Origin: Octopus vulgaris
Taxonomy: Eukaryota
Length of the DNA: 64,000 nt
Direction of reading: 5' to 3'
Assembly (NCBI GenBank): GCA_951406725.2
Contig: OX597835.1
Location: forward strand, 24,924,001 to 24,988,000
Below the pieces are notes generated by a model that was not told the DNA's origin, made no database searches, and was given only the letters and a program-made list of their open reading frames with translations. The position numbers were made by a program, and so were the translations under genes. Of the stretch, positions 37,797-49,552 are shown one piece after another. Positions within the stretch are counted from its first letter, which is position 1, and each line of letters opens with the position of its first letter.

Positions 37797-40666
37797 GGGC
37801 AAATCGAAGTGAAGTTGATACCCCCGTCAACGATGCTATCTCTGATGCCCTTTATTCTGCTTGTTCCCCAACTCCCGCCCCTCAGACTTCACAGCTCAGC
37901 ATCGTCTACACCAACTCGTGCTCCTTATTCCCAAAGTTCAGTGAACTATTTACACTGGCCATACGTGACTCCCCTGATGTGATAGCTATCACCGAGACTT
38001 GGCTGACTCCAGCAGTAAAGGACTCAGAAATCCACCTGCAGGGCTACGTCCTTTTCAGATGTGACAGAGGAAAAAGGCGAGGTGGAGGTGTTGCTGTGTA
38101 TGTTAAGTCTGAGCACAAACCGTCCTGCGGTATTCTACCCACAAATGCTCAACCTACAACAAAATTCGATGCCGTCTATTGCAAGCTGAGCCTATCTGAG
38201 TTTTGCCTGCCCGTGTTGGCTGTCTACAGGCCGCCTCTAGCCGACCCCCAGGACGATGCTCATCTACTCGAAGCGATAAGATTCGTTTCAGCTTCGCATG
38301 ACTGCTTGGTACTAGGCGACTTCAACGCTCCCACGATCGATTGGCCCGCATCAATTTGTACAACATCTTCCCGGTTCGGCCAGGCCCTTCTTGACGTGGC
38401 TGAAGATTGTTTTCTATCGCAACATGTTGAATATCCGACAAGGCATCGGTCTGGGCAGCAGCCATCTATGCTAGATCTGGTATTCTCCCGCTATCCAAGA
38501 TCAGTGTCAGACGTATCTGTGTGCGCCCCTCTTGCAGTCCTGAAGTTCGTCATGCACACAACTTTTTCCACGCCCACGATTACTTCGCTGCCACGTAGAG
38601 TCTTCTCTGCAATTAATCTTGAAATTCTAACCGAGGCTTCCGCGCTTCTGGACTGGCGATCCCTGATGACGTTGTCCTCAGTTGACGAACTATGGTCATC
38701 CCTCAAAGCATATGTAATCTGTTTGACTGACCAGGCAGTTCCCGTTGGGCTTCCCAAGAGGAAGAAACACAAGCCCTGGGTGACGAAGAAGGTTAAACGA
38801 GAACGTCGACTCAGAGATATTGCTTGGGCTGAATTCAAAAATCTGGATTCGACTGCAGCTTTTGAGGTGTACAAAACTCAACGAGACCGAGCCGTGAAAA
38901 TTGAAAAGAAAGAACGCTTCAGTTATGAATACAAAATCGCGGCAAATGCCAGTAGCAATCCAAAAACCTTCTTTGCCCATGTCCAGCGGAATTCCCGCTT
39001 GAACAACCAGATTGCAACGTTGGTAGACTCAACAGGCGTATCGATTGAGGACCCTTATCAACAGAGTCAATTATTTGCCGAGGCTTTTTCAACTATTTTC
39101 AAACAAGATGATGGTCGTGAACCCCCTCCATTTGATAGATCGGTACCTCCAATGCTTCGATTGATCATCACGCGGGACGAAGTCAAACGTGTTATTCAAG
39201 GCCTCGATGTCAACAAGGGTCACGGCCCTGACGGCATACACCCACGGGTTATCAAAGCGTTGGCTCCGGTCATCTGCGAGCCCTTAACACGACTATTCAA
39301 TATGTCATTGGCGACGGGTGTTATACCTGCAGACTGGAGAACAGCAATAATCTGCCCAATTTTCAAGAAAGGGAGCCGCGAAGACCCGCTTAACTACCGA
39401 CCGGTTTCCCTTACATCAATAATCAGCAAGATGTTCGAAACCATCCTTAAGAAAAGTATGATGTTCCACCTCCTAAACACAGCCTCGATCACTGATTCCC
39501 AACACGGCTTCGTGCCGAAGAGATCATGCTTGACCAACTTACTAGTAATGGAAGAATTGGTGACGCGCATCCTCGATGATAGTGATGCTGTTGACATCGT
39601 TTTATTGGACTTTGCCAAAGCTTTTGACTCGGTAAACCACCGCCTACTACTTGTCAAGCTTCAAGCATATAGTTTCCATCCGGATATTGTACGATGGGTT
39701 GGTGCCTTCCTCTCAGATCGCTCCTTCCAAGTTCAAGTTAATGGTTCGCGGTCCGACGTCTCCAGTGCGAGCAGTGGCGTGCCTCAAGGTTCAGTGCTTG
39801 GGCCCTTGTTGTTCTTAGTCTTCATAAATGACTTGCCCGACGACCTCACGCAACACACCCTTCTATTTGCCGACGATATCAAACTGGTCGCTCCTCGCGG
39901 TAGTATAGAGGATCTTCGTCGATGCCTCCACCAAATTTGGAAGTGGTCTAACGATTGGGACCTGTGTCTGAACGTGTTAAAGTGCTGTCATCTGCCTGTC
40001 GGCTCTACTCCTGCAACTCAACTTGATTTCGAGCCGGGTCGTCTGCTGCTGGAGAGGACCGATCAGGTAAAGGACCTGGGTATCTTGGTGGATTCCTCCT
40101 TTTCGCCTTCGGCCCAGTGCGTCCATTCTGCCAACAAAGCGCGCGGAATTCTGTTTTTGATTCGACGGTCATTCGGAATGCTCACAGCAGCCATATTCCT
40201 GCCACTCTATGTCACGCTGGTGAGACCCATATTGGAGTATGGGATTCAAGCCTCTTCTCCTTATCTCCTCAAAGACATACAGCATCTCGAAAGAGTCCAG
40301 AGGCTGGCTACCCGCATGGTTCATGGTCTCAAAAATTTGTCCTACGAAGAAAGGCTGAGGACGCTCGACCTTTATTCTCTTGAAAAACGCCGCCGCCGTG
40401 GTGATCTCATTCTCGCCCACAACATCATAAGCGGGAAGTGTAACCTCTCGAAAGAGCTGTTCTTCACTCCTGCTCCGGAGCGTCGGCTGCGGGGTCATTC
40501 CGAAAAGCTCTACCTGCGACGATTTCATCTCAATCGAAGGAGAGGAGCTTTCTCCGTCCGGGTTGCGGATCCGTGGAACAAGCTGCCAGACGAGATGGTG
40601 AAGATGCCGACGACCGCTTTGTTCAAAGCTTCCCTGGACCTCAAGTGGCCTGAACTCTTTACATGA
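37793..40666 (+). CDS. LINE ORF2: AP endonuclease + reverse transcriptase
   Basis: EN motifs YTN, ITETWL, VYRPP, GDFN, LDLVF; RT motifs GPDGIHP, NYRPVSLTS, QHGF, DFAKAFD, GVPQGSVLGP, FADD, KDLG; CR1-type tail RRRGDLI, LRGH, WNKLP. Listed start is GTG; frame open from 37565. Confidence 0.95.
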   Translation: MRANRSEVDTPVNDAISDALYSACSPTPAPQTSQLSIVYTNSCSLFPKFSELFTLAIRDSPDVIAITETWLTPAVKDSEIHLQGYVLFRCDRGKRRGGGVAVYVKSEHKPSCGILPTNAQPTTKFDAVYCKLSLSEFCLPVLAVYRPPLADPQDDAHLLEAIRFVSASHDCLVLGDFNAPTIDWPASICTTSSRFGQALLDVAEDCFLSQHVEYPTRHRSGQQPSMLDLVFSRYPRSVSDVSVCAPLAVLKFVMHTTFSTPTITSLPRRVFSAINLEILTEASALLDWRSLMTLSSVDELWSSLKAYVICLTDQAVPVGLPKRKKHKPWVTKKVKRERRLRDIAWAEFKNLDSTAAFEVYKTQRDRAVKIEKKERFSYEYKIAANASSNPKTFFAHVQRNSRLNNQIATLVDSTGVSIEDPYQQSQLFAEAFSTIFKQDDGREPPPFDRSVPPMLRLIITRDEVKRVIQGLDVNKGHGPDGIHPRVIKALAPVICEPLTRLFNMSLATGVIPADWRTAIICPIFKKGSREDPLNYRPVSLTSIISKMFETILKKSMMFHLLNTASITDSQHGFVPKRSCLTNLLVMEELVTRILDDSDAVDIVLLDFAKAFDSVNHRLLLVKLQAYSFHPDIVRWVGAFLSDRSFQVQVNGSRSDVSSASSGVPQGSVLGPLLFLVFINDLPDDLTQHTLLFADDIKLVAPRGSIEDLRRCLHQIWKWSNDWDLCLNVLKCCHLPVGSTPATQLDFEPGRLLLERTDQVKDLGILVDSSFSPSAQCVHSANKARGILFLIRRSFGMLTAAIFLPLYVTLVRPILEYGIQASSPYLLKDIQHLERVQRLATRMVHGLKNLSYEERLRTLDLYSLEKRRRRGDLILAHNIISGKCNLSKELFFTPAPERRLRGHSEKLYLRRFHLNRRRGAFSVRVADPWNKLPDEMVKMPTTALFKASLDLKWPELFT

Positions 40667-40686
40667 ACACCACCCTGTACTTAACT

Positions 40687-40704
40687 CCATGTCCCCCTAC
40701 ATGG
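40687..40704 (+). other. LINE 3'UTR stem-loop
   Basis: ccatgt-ccccct-acatgg just upstream of the (TAAC)n tail, as expected for CR1/L2 RT-recognition ends. Confidence 0.55.
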
Positions 40705-41312
40705 CCTTGCTATTTGCTTTTGAGCCAAATTAACTAACTAACTAACTAACATATATATACATATATATACACACATACATATATATACATATACATACAA
40801 ATATATATATATGAATCTATATGTGTATGGTGTATGTATCTATGCATCAGTATATTTTTATGCATATATATATATATATATATATATACGTATATATGTA
40901 CATACGTATGTATGTATGTATGCATGCATATATGTATGTATATATATATATATATATATGTACGTATGTATATATGTATACAAATATATGTATATATACT
41001 TTTACACAAAGACGCGCGCATAACACTGAGTGTGTGTTCTACGCTCTTGTTTGGAATAAAAGAAATATCTCAAGAGATTATGTAACTCTCAGTTCACTGT
41101 GGGTATGTGGTGGCGGTGGCGATGGTGTAGCTGTGGTAGTGTTGGCGATTATGTTGATAAGATAGAGATGTTGAGGAACCCACGTGCGCCCCTACATATA
41201 CACACACATACACATCAAAATTAGACACACTATTTCACTCTCATCAACCTTTCCTCTGCATATATATACATATACATAGAGATTTACCAATACATACATA
41301 CAAACATACATA

Positions 41313-41713
41313 CAGGAGTGGCTGTGTGGTAAGTAGCTTGCTAACCAACCACATGGTTCCGGGTTCAGTCCCACTGCGTGGCATCTTGGGCAAGTGTCTT
41401 CTGCTATAGCCCCGGGCCGACCAATGCCTTGTGAGTGGATTTGGTAGACGGAAACTGAAAGAAGCCTGTCGTATATATGTATATATATGTATATGTATGT
41501 ATGTGTATGTGATTGTGTGTCTGTGTTTGTACCCCTAGCATTGCTTGACAACCGATGCTGGTGTGTTTACGTCCCCGTCACTTAGCGGTTCGGCAAAAGA
41601 GACCGATAGAATAAGTACTGGACTTACAAAGAATAAGTCCCGGGGTCGAGTTGCTTGACTAAAGGCGGTGCTCCAGCATGGCCGCAGTCAAATGACTGAA
41701 ACATGTAAAAGAG

Positions 41714-41715
<2 letters not shown>
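41313..41715 (+). mobile_element. SINE family A, young near full-length copy
   Basis: Close match to 24271, 52150 and 61194 copies. Confidence 0.93.
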
Positions 41716-41754
<39 letters not shown>

Positions 41755-41755
<1 letters not shown>

Positions 41756-41860
41756 GTAAATGTCGAACGATGAAAATGAGTGCTCAACACCACATTAGTG
41801 GATAGAATTTCTTTATTTGTGAATTAAGGCGACCATTGGTTTCATGTAGGCAAAACTGTC
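41755..41860 (-). mobile_element. Penelope-like 3' fragment with hammerhead 3' half
   Basis: Minus strand GAA ACC aat GGT C, then AATAAA, then tggtgttgagcactc next to (TA)n. Confidence 0.5.
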
Positions 41861-41864
41861 TTAA

Positions 41865-42497
41865 TATCTTAACAGTTTTTCAAGCTGATCACATGGAGAA
41901 ATGGTATTCGGCTCCATTTTGGATAGACACCATACATACATGGTGGCTGCCTCCTCACTATCAAGTATGGCCATTGCACGAAGCTTAATCAATGTTGTTA
42001 TCGTGCAATGCCTGTACAAGAAGATTTTTTTTTTAAGTGAGGAAAGGCTGTGCACTGAGTCAATCCCACTCACTAAGCAACAGCAGCCATAATCCGAAAA
42101 GAAGAACAAGTCAACATCATCGGTAACCACTGAACCGCAGGTTTTATGTCGGAGTTATCCCAGTTACCCGAGTTACCTTCTCCTAAAAGGATGCCCTAAC
42201 AAAGGCTAGGAGTCCTTCACTCCCAGTGGTTTAACCGCGCGATCGGGTATTCAGTCCGATTATTTCTATGTCCCCGCGCATGATACAGCCTTAAGACATT
42301 TATTGGATGGCCGTTGACTCTCAAGAGTTCCTCCACCCTTTGACGGGTTTTGTTTTTCATCCCGCAGGGTGTCCAATAAACACCCTCCTCACCAAGCAAG
42401 CTTGGTGGGGTTGCCGGTTTGGTCGCCGATGACTCGACCATGCAACAGGTTGTACTGGGTTACATGTTACTAGTGGCACTCGAAAGTGACCTGACCA
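41865..42497 (-). mobile_element. Probable retrotransposon-derived non-coding segment (RTE-like 5' region)
   Basis: GC-richer complex block; minus strand ggagaaggtaactc..aaaacct recalls RTE 5'UTRs; no coding motif seen. Confidence 0.4.
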
Positions 42498-42588
42498 TAC
42501 ATACATACATACATACATTCATACATACACACATACACACACACACATATATATGTATATATATATATGTATGTATGTATATATATAT

Positions 42589-42958
42589 GTAAAAGACCCC
42601 CTTCGATCATGAGTGACCATGGGATTGCACCTAGAAAGTTACCCTCCTAGACACAAGTCCGGGCAAGGTTGTTTATGGAAGACCAGCAGTCGCCCATGGT
42701 CTTTATGGAAGACCAGCAGTCGCCCATGCATACCAGCCTTCCATCTCCACGCCACCAGTGTTATCCAAGGGAAAGACAAAGGTCGATACAGCTTGGCACC
42801 TGTGACGTCGCAACTCATTTCTACAGCTGAGTGAACTGGAGCAACGTGAAATAAAGTGCCTTGCTCAAGAACACAACACGCAGCCCGGTCCGGGATTCGA
42901 GCTCACAACCTCACGATCGTAAGCTCGACGCTCTAACCACTGAGCCATGCGCCTTCAC
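42589..42958 (-). mobile_element. SINE family C, full-length
   Basis: tRNA head gtgaaggcgcatggctcagtggttagagcg..gctcgaatcccgg, CORE-like gtgttcttgagcaaggcacttt; internal short duplication tttatggaagaccagcagtcgcccatg. Confidence 0.9.
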
Positions 42959-43311
42959 ATATGTATGTATATGTTTATTATATATATGTATATATGTATG
43001 TATTCAAGTATCACGTGATCATGTGCCTGACCAGACTATCAGATATTGCAATACATAGCTGGTCACAATGCGCGCCGCATCGTTTTAGCTTTCGAATGAA
43101 CCCATGACGCTGGTGAGATGAGAAGGCCAACATTTCCTCCCTGATCGAAAGGAGATTGGCACAATGTGAACTGTAAAGTGCTTTGGTGAAGAATACCGCA
43201 CATCACCCGGTTTGGGACGCGAACCCATAATTTAACGATCCTGAGTTCAGCAGCCCACGCACATGGGCACGCGCCTTTGTACATACATACATACATACAT
43301 ACATACATACA

Positions 43312-43345
<34 letters not shown>

Positions 43346-43349
43346 CGTT

Positions 43350-43715
43350 GCTTCACAACCACATGTTACTAGGTTCAGTGCCACTGCGTAGCACCTTGAT
43401 CAGGTGTCTTCTACTGTAGCCTCGGTGTGACCAAAGCCTTGTGAGTGAATTTGGTAGAGGGAAACTGGATGAAACCCGTCGTATATATATATGTATATAT
43501 TTGTGTGTGTCTGTTTGCCCCACCACCACCACCACTGTCGCTTGAAAACCGATGCTGGTATGTTTATGTGCCTGTAAGCTAACGGTTCGGTAAAAGGGAC
43601 CGATAGTACTAGGCTTATAAAGAATAAGTGCTGGAGTCGATTTGTTCAAGTAAAGGCAGTGCTCCAGTATGGCCGCAGTTAAATGACTGAAGCAAGTAAA
43701 AGAATAAAAGAATAA
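43350..43715 (+). mobile_element. SINE family A, diverged
   Basis: Family pattern. Confidence 0.85.
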
Positions 43716-44161
43716 AATATTTACATACATACATATATATACATACACACACATATATATTTATATATACATTCATATACACACACATACATACATACAC
43801 AAACATTCATGTACGTGTGTGTGTATATATATATATATATATACACATTATATACGCATAAATATATTCATTTATATATAAATACATATACCTATACATA
43901 TACAGATGTGTGTGTATGTGAGTGCGTGTGCATGCGTGTGTATGTGCCTGCGTGTGTGCGTGTGGCCTGTGTTGGTGTAGGTATGTATGAATATATATAC
44001 ATACACACACACATATATATATACATACGTAAGCTCAGCGACTAACAGACAAAGGTTATCAGGATTAAATGTCGACAAATTATCTTGGCTATCTTGCAGA
44101 AACCAAACATATTCCACTTGAATGATCTTTGTTTATGTGTGAGCGCATGTGTATGCATCAC

Positions 44162-44213
<52 letters not shown>

Positions 44214-45146
44214 CGTGTGCTTGTGTGTGTGTCTATTGATGTGTGTCTGTTAGCGTATGTTTTTGTGGTAAATTTCCTTGAGCGCCTAAACAAAAGCAAT
44301 AGAACGTTTATGGAAACAGAAACAGAAGAATACATACATATATAAATTTACATGTATATCTGCATATATGTTCATATATGTATACATATACACACAAATA
44401 TGCAAACACACACACATATATACATACATAAATGTATACACACACATATATATATACGTATATACATGAATATCTATATGTATATAACAATATAGTATTG
44501 CACAACAAAATCTCACCACACTTTAAACACCCTAAACATATTTAAGTCTCGGCAGAAGTAGAATCTTGGTGAAGGGCAATCGCTATGTATCAATGTCTAA
44601 TGCAATATATACGTCAGAATCTCAACAAAGGACAACTCTGAAATCACGCGAACAAAAGATACAAAAGGCTTACAGTCGACAACGCAAACAAACAAGCACA
44701 TCAAACGTATACGTCCCATCATCAGCTGTTTTACGGATATCAGCATGATTTCGACATCTGGATCGTACCATTCAAGCTGCCGATGTCAGCAGTGTTAAAA
44801 AACATAAACGCTGTCTGAGAATTAATAGACGAAAAGCAGGAAGCAGACATAAGCACAATGTCTTCATCATGTCTACACCTGCTTAGAATTACAACACATG
44901 AATACAAGAGAGCGAAGTCTCAAACATATATCGTCACTTGCCTATAGCTAGCAGGCTTAGAATTTTATAAATAAAATACAGAAAACAGAGAAATGAGATC
45001 AAATCGCACATTGCTACCCAAAAAAATATGGAACTTAAAAAGCAGATAAAGCGTTGAAATAGACTAGCTATGTAAATGTAGAAAATAGAAGATTTAAAAC
45101 GTAGTTGAAAATATATGTTGTAAACGCAAAAACGAAAAGTAATAAA

Positions 45147-45545
45147 GGCGCAGGCGTGGCTGTGTGGTAAGAAGCTTGCTTCACAACCACATGGTTCAGG
45201 GTACAGTCCCACTGCGTGGCACCTTGAGCAAGTGTCTTCTACTATAGCCGCGGGCTGACCAAAGCCTTCTGAATGGATTTGGTAAACTGAAAGAAGCCCA
45301 TCGTATATATATATATATAAATGTAAGTTTGTGTGTCTGTGTTTGTCCACCTCCCCACCATCGCTTGACAACCGGCGTTGGTGTGTTTACGTCTCCATAA
45401 CTTAGCGGTTCGGCAAAAGTCACCTACGGAATAAGTACTAGTCTTACAAAGAATAAGTCCCCGGGTTGGTTTGTTCGACTAAAGGCGCTGCTCCAGCATG
45501 ACCACTGTCAAATGACTGAAGTGACTGAATCAAGTAAAATAATAA
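45147..45545 (+). mobile_element. SINE family A, full-length
   Basis: ggcgcaggcgtggctgtgtggtaag...aagtaaaat. Confidence 0.9.
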
Positions 45546-45978
45546 AATAACTCAACATAGAACACTTCTTTTGTTTTTACTTGTCCCGATCATTGGACTG
45601 CAGCCATGTTGGGGCACCGCTTTGAAAAGTTTAGTTAGAAAAATCTACTCCCAGTACTCAATTTTTCAAAAATATTACTATCACGTGAACCGGAAATGAA
45701 ATGAAAAGCGTCAGCTTGAAGCAGCAGTTTTTGCTGATGTAGTCCACAAAGGTTTTTAAACGAAAGAACATAAGGATTAGTAAGGTTTCGCATCTATAAA
45801 GCGCTTAGCAGCATAGGCAAATCGTCAGACTCCAATAGCAGATGCGCCTTCAGGCATTTGAGTCTGTCGAGTCCCTATACTGCACAGCGTTTTATAGGTG
45901 CGAAACCAACGGACACTCAATGGATGGCCATAACTTTTAACTTCCTAAAACATATTTACATACCTATATACGTGTATA

Positions 45979-46773
45979 TAGAATTTCTCACGTAGAACAC
46001 GGTTTACTCTGAACGTTTTTGACAAAATTTCCTATTTCAGAAGTTATATCGTGTTAGAGTTGTCGTATTTAGGTAATTTCAACCAATCAACGACGTGTAT
46101 TCCGTTGAAGAAAGCTGTTTGCGATAGTAATCGAAAAGGAAAAACGTCCGGATCATCCCTACTAAATGTCACCACTCTGTTCTATTCGTCACCTTTATCC
46201 TTTCTTCCTTTCTAGTCAGCACCGTGCATTCCTTACTCTTCCCCTCCCTTCTAAACTATCAACTAGCAACCAGCGAGCGAACTTGTCATTTCCACTACAA
46301 TTACCGAATTTTCCGGTGTATAAGCCGCTATTTGTTTTGATAATGTTATTTTTAATCTAATAAAGACTTTTATAGTTATTTCTTTAGTGTCCACAGAGGG
46401 CTAAACATAGAAGGGACAAACAAGGAGAGACAAACGGATTAAGTCGATAACATCGACCTCAGTGCGTAATTGGTACTTATTTAATCGACCCCGAAAGGAT
46501 GAAAGTCGACCTCGGCGGAATTTGAACTCAGAACGTAAAGACAGACGAAATACCTATTTCTTTACAACCCACAGGGTGACATTTAGCAGAGATGACCAGG
46601 AAGTTGTTCCTCTTCGATTACTACTATCGCAAACAGCAGTAAGCTTTCTTCTACCGAGTACACGTCGTTGATTGGTTGAAATTACCCAAATACGACAATA
46701 CGAAATAACTTCTAAAATAGGAAATTTTGTCAAAAACGTTCAGAGTAAACAGTGTTCTACGTGAGAAATTCTA
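45979..46773. mobile_element. Non-autonomous DNA element with ~165-bp TIRs and nested SINE-B
   Basis: tagaatttctcacgtagaacac...cgaaaaggaa (45979-46143) inverted against ttcctcttcgatta...gtgagaaattcta (~46605-46773); SINE-B on minus at ~46376-46573. Confidence 0.85.
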
Positions 46774-46958
46774 CCAAAATTCGAAGATTCAAACTGTTTA
46801 GTTAACAATAATTAATTAAAAAATCTGTGATTGAGATGGAATAGATCCCATACATACATACATACATACATACATACATACATACATACATACATACATA
46901 CATACATACATACATACATACATACATACATACATACATACATACATACATACATACA

Positions 46959-46991
<33 letters not shown>

Positions 46992-46992
46992 T

Positions 46993-47222
46993 TATTTCTT
47001 TACTACCCACAAGGGGCTAAACATAGAGGGGACAAACAAGGACAGACAAAGGGATTAAGTCGTTTCCATCGACCCAGTGCGTAACTGGTACTTAATTTAT
47101 CGACCCCGAAAGGATGAAAGGCAAAGTCGACCTCGGCGGAATTTGAACTCAGAACGTAACGGCAGACGAAATACAGCTACGCATTTCGCCCGGCGTGCTA
47201 CCGTTTCTGCCAGCTCGCCACC
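46993..47222 (-). mobile_element. SINE family B, full-length
   Basis: Matches 50706-50940 in reverse. Confidence 0.92.
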
Positions 47223-47242
47223 TTCAAGTGTATATATATATA

Positions 47243-47595
47243 TTGCTTACCAACCACATGGTTCCAGGTTCAGTCCCATTGCGTTGCACTTTGGGCAAGT
47301 GTCTTCTACTATAGCCTCGGGCCGATCAAAGTCTTGTGAGTGGATTTGGTAGACAGAAATTGAAAGAAGACCGTCGTATATATGCATGTGTGTGTGTGCG
47401 TGTGTGTGTGTGTGTGTGTGCGTGTGTGTGTGTGTGTTCCCCCCCCCACCAACGCTTGACAACCGATGCTGGTGTGTTTATGTCCCTGTAACTTAGCACT
47501 TCGGCAGAAGGACCGATAGAATAGGTACTAGGCTTACAAAGAATAAGTCCCGGGGTCGATTTGTTCGCGGTCAAATGACTGAAACAAATAAAAGA
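47243..47595 (+). mobile_element. SINE family A
   Basis: Family pattern, 5' clipped. Confidence 0.88.
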
Positions 47596-47721
47596 AAAAA
47601 GTATACATATACATACATGTGTGTGTGAGTGTATGTGCGCGTGCGTGTCAAGCCACCACCTGACAGTCGGTATCGGCGTGTTTAAGTTCCCGCTAGGTAA
47701 CGGTTCGTCAATTGGAGGAAC

Positions 47722-47811
<90 letters not shown>

Positions 47812-47927
47812 TGTATGTGTTTGTGTGTCTGTTTGTCCCCCTAGCATTGCTGACAACCGATGCTGGTGTGTTTACGTCCCTGTCACTTAGCGGTTCGGCA
47901 AAAGAGACCGATAAAAAGAACAAAAAA

Positions 47928-48048
<121 letters not shown>

Positions 48049-48061
48049 ATGATAGATAGAC

Positions 48062-48127
<66 letters not shown>

Positions 48128-48863
48128 GCAGACAGGCAGACAGACAGACAGGCAGGCAGACAGACAGATAGATGATGTTGCCTGTTGCTTCCGTCTCACA
48201 AATTTTGATGTCTTTCTACTTACATTGGCTACCGTTTCCTCCCCTTCCTCTCTCACTTTTCCTCTTTCATTACACCTCTCCTTACACTCTCAGCTTTTCC
48301 TTCTCCTCCTCCCTCTCCGTCTCAGTCACTTCTCTCTGTAATGCTTACACCCGTTCCTCTCATTCTCTTTCATTTTATGATAGCTTTTCTTCTCTGAATG
48401 CCGCATCCTATCGTTTCCCACCAACCTCTTTGTTGGCGTATTTTATATTTACTCTTTCGTCCCCTTTCCTTCTCTCTCTCTCTCTCTCTCCCTCTTCATT
48501 TGTTCTCCCTATTTTCCTTGTATATTTAACTTTAAACAACTGTCTTAACCTCTTAACATTCTCCATACCTCCTCCCCTTCCTCCAACTTTCTCTTTACTC
48601 GATAGTCTTCCACTCAGCCCTCAACTTGACTCCCCTCTTTTCCCTCACTCATTGTAGTACTGTCTCCTTGTCTTTCGACTTTTTGACTTCTCTCTCACCA
48701 TTCTTCCTCTCCGTCACCCTATCTCTGTCTATCTTTTATCTTTTATTCTTTTACTTGTTCCAGTCAGTGAACTGCGGCCATGCTGGAGCACCACCTTGAA
48801 GGGCTTTTGTCGAACGAATCATCGACCCCCCCCCCAAAAAAAATTTATTTCAGATTCGTATTT

Positions 48864-49032
48864 AGGTGTAGGAGTGGCTGTGTGGTAAGTAGCTTGCTTA
48901 AGAACCACATGGTTCCGGGTTCAGTCCCACTGCGTGGCACCTTGGGCAACTGTCTTCTACTATAGCCTCGGGCCGACCAAAGCCTTGTGAGTGGATTTGG
49001 TAGACGGAAACTGAAAGAAGTCCGTCGTATAT
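48864..49032 (+). mobile_element. SINE family A, 5' half
   Basis: Head through gaagtccgtcgtatata; interrupted at its internal TA tract by the next element. Confidence 0.88.
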
Positions 49033-49039
49033 ATGTGTG

Positions 49040-49222
49040 ACGCCATGATAGATCGTTAGCCACAACACGCATTTTTTTCTCTCCTTGTTTTTTTTGTGTC
49101 CCTTTCTGTAGAAGAGCGTAGGCTCGAAACATAAAAGACTTTTTCTATTCCTGAACGTTATACTAATACATCTGCTTGTTCTGTACACCACCTGTCTTCG
49201 TCTTTTGTTTTTTTCGTAAACA
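49040..49222 (+). mobile_element. Hammerhead-bearing mini-element (CTGTnGA family)
   Basis: cttt CTGTAGA a gagcgtaggctc GAAAcaTA aaag at 49102-49137; homologous to 22445-22658. Confidence 0.72.
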
Positions 49223-49552
49223 ATGTATGTATGTATGTATGTACGTATGTACGTATGCACGTATTCACGTATGTATGTAATCTTGAAATAAAACTGAACA
49301 ATGACATACATACATATATATGTACGTACGTGCATCCGTGCATGTATGCATACATACATATACACACACATACATACATACATACACAGACATGAATGCA
49401 TGTATGTATATAATTGATGGGCTTCTTTCAGTTTCCGTCTACCAAATCCACTCACAATTGTTTGATCTGCCCAGGACTAGAGTAGGAGGGACTTGCCCAA
49501 GGTGTCACACAGTGCGCCCATAAATATATGAAATTATTTAACCTTTCATATA

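Larger units (their letters stand above)
36135..40750 (+). mobile_element. Near full-length CR1-clade LINE
   Basis: GC-richer block with two long ORFs, ~65-nt 3'UTR and (TAAC)5 tail at 40731-40750; 5' boundary approximate, no TSD seen. Confidence 0.95.

Noticed and set aside
38491-40690. Antisense ORFs within LINE ORF2
   Set aside because: Shadow ORFs of a long coding region with no motifs
40731-40750. (TAAC)n as a telomere-like repeat
   Set aside because: 4-bp unit directly after the LINE 3'UTR; typical CR1 tail, not TTAGGG
42880-42958. tRNA-like sequence on the minus strand (also 28320-28394)
   Set aside because: Continues into a SINE body and has no proper acceptor stem; SINE head, not a tRNA gene
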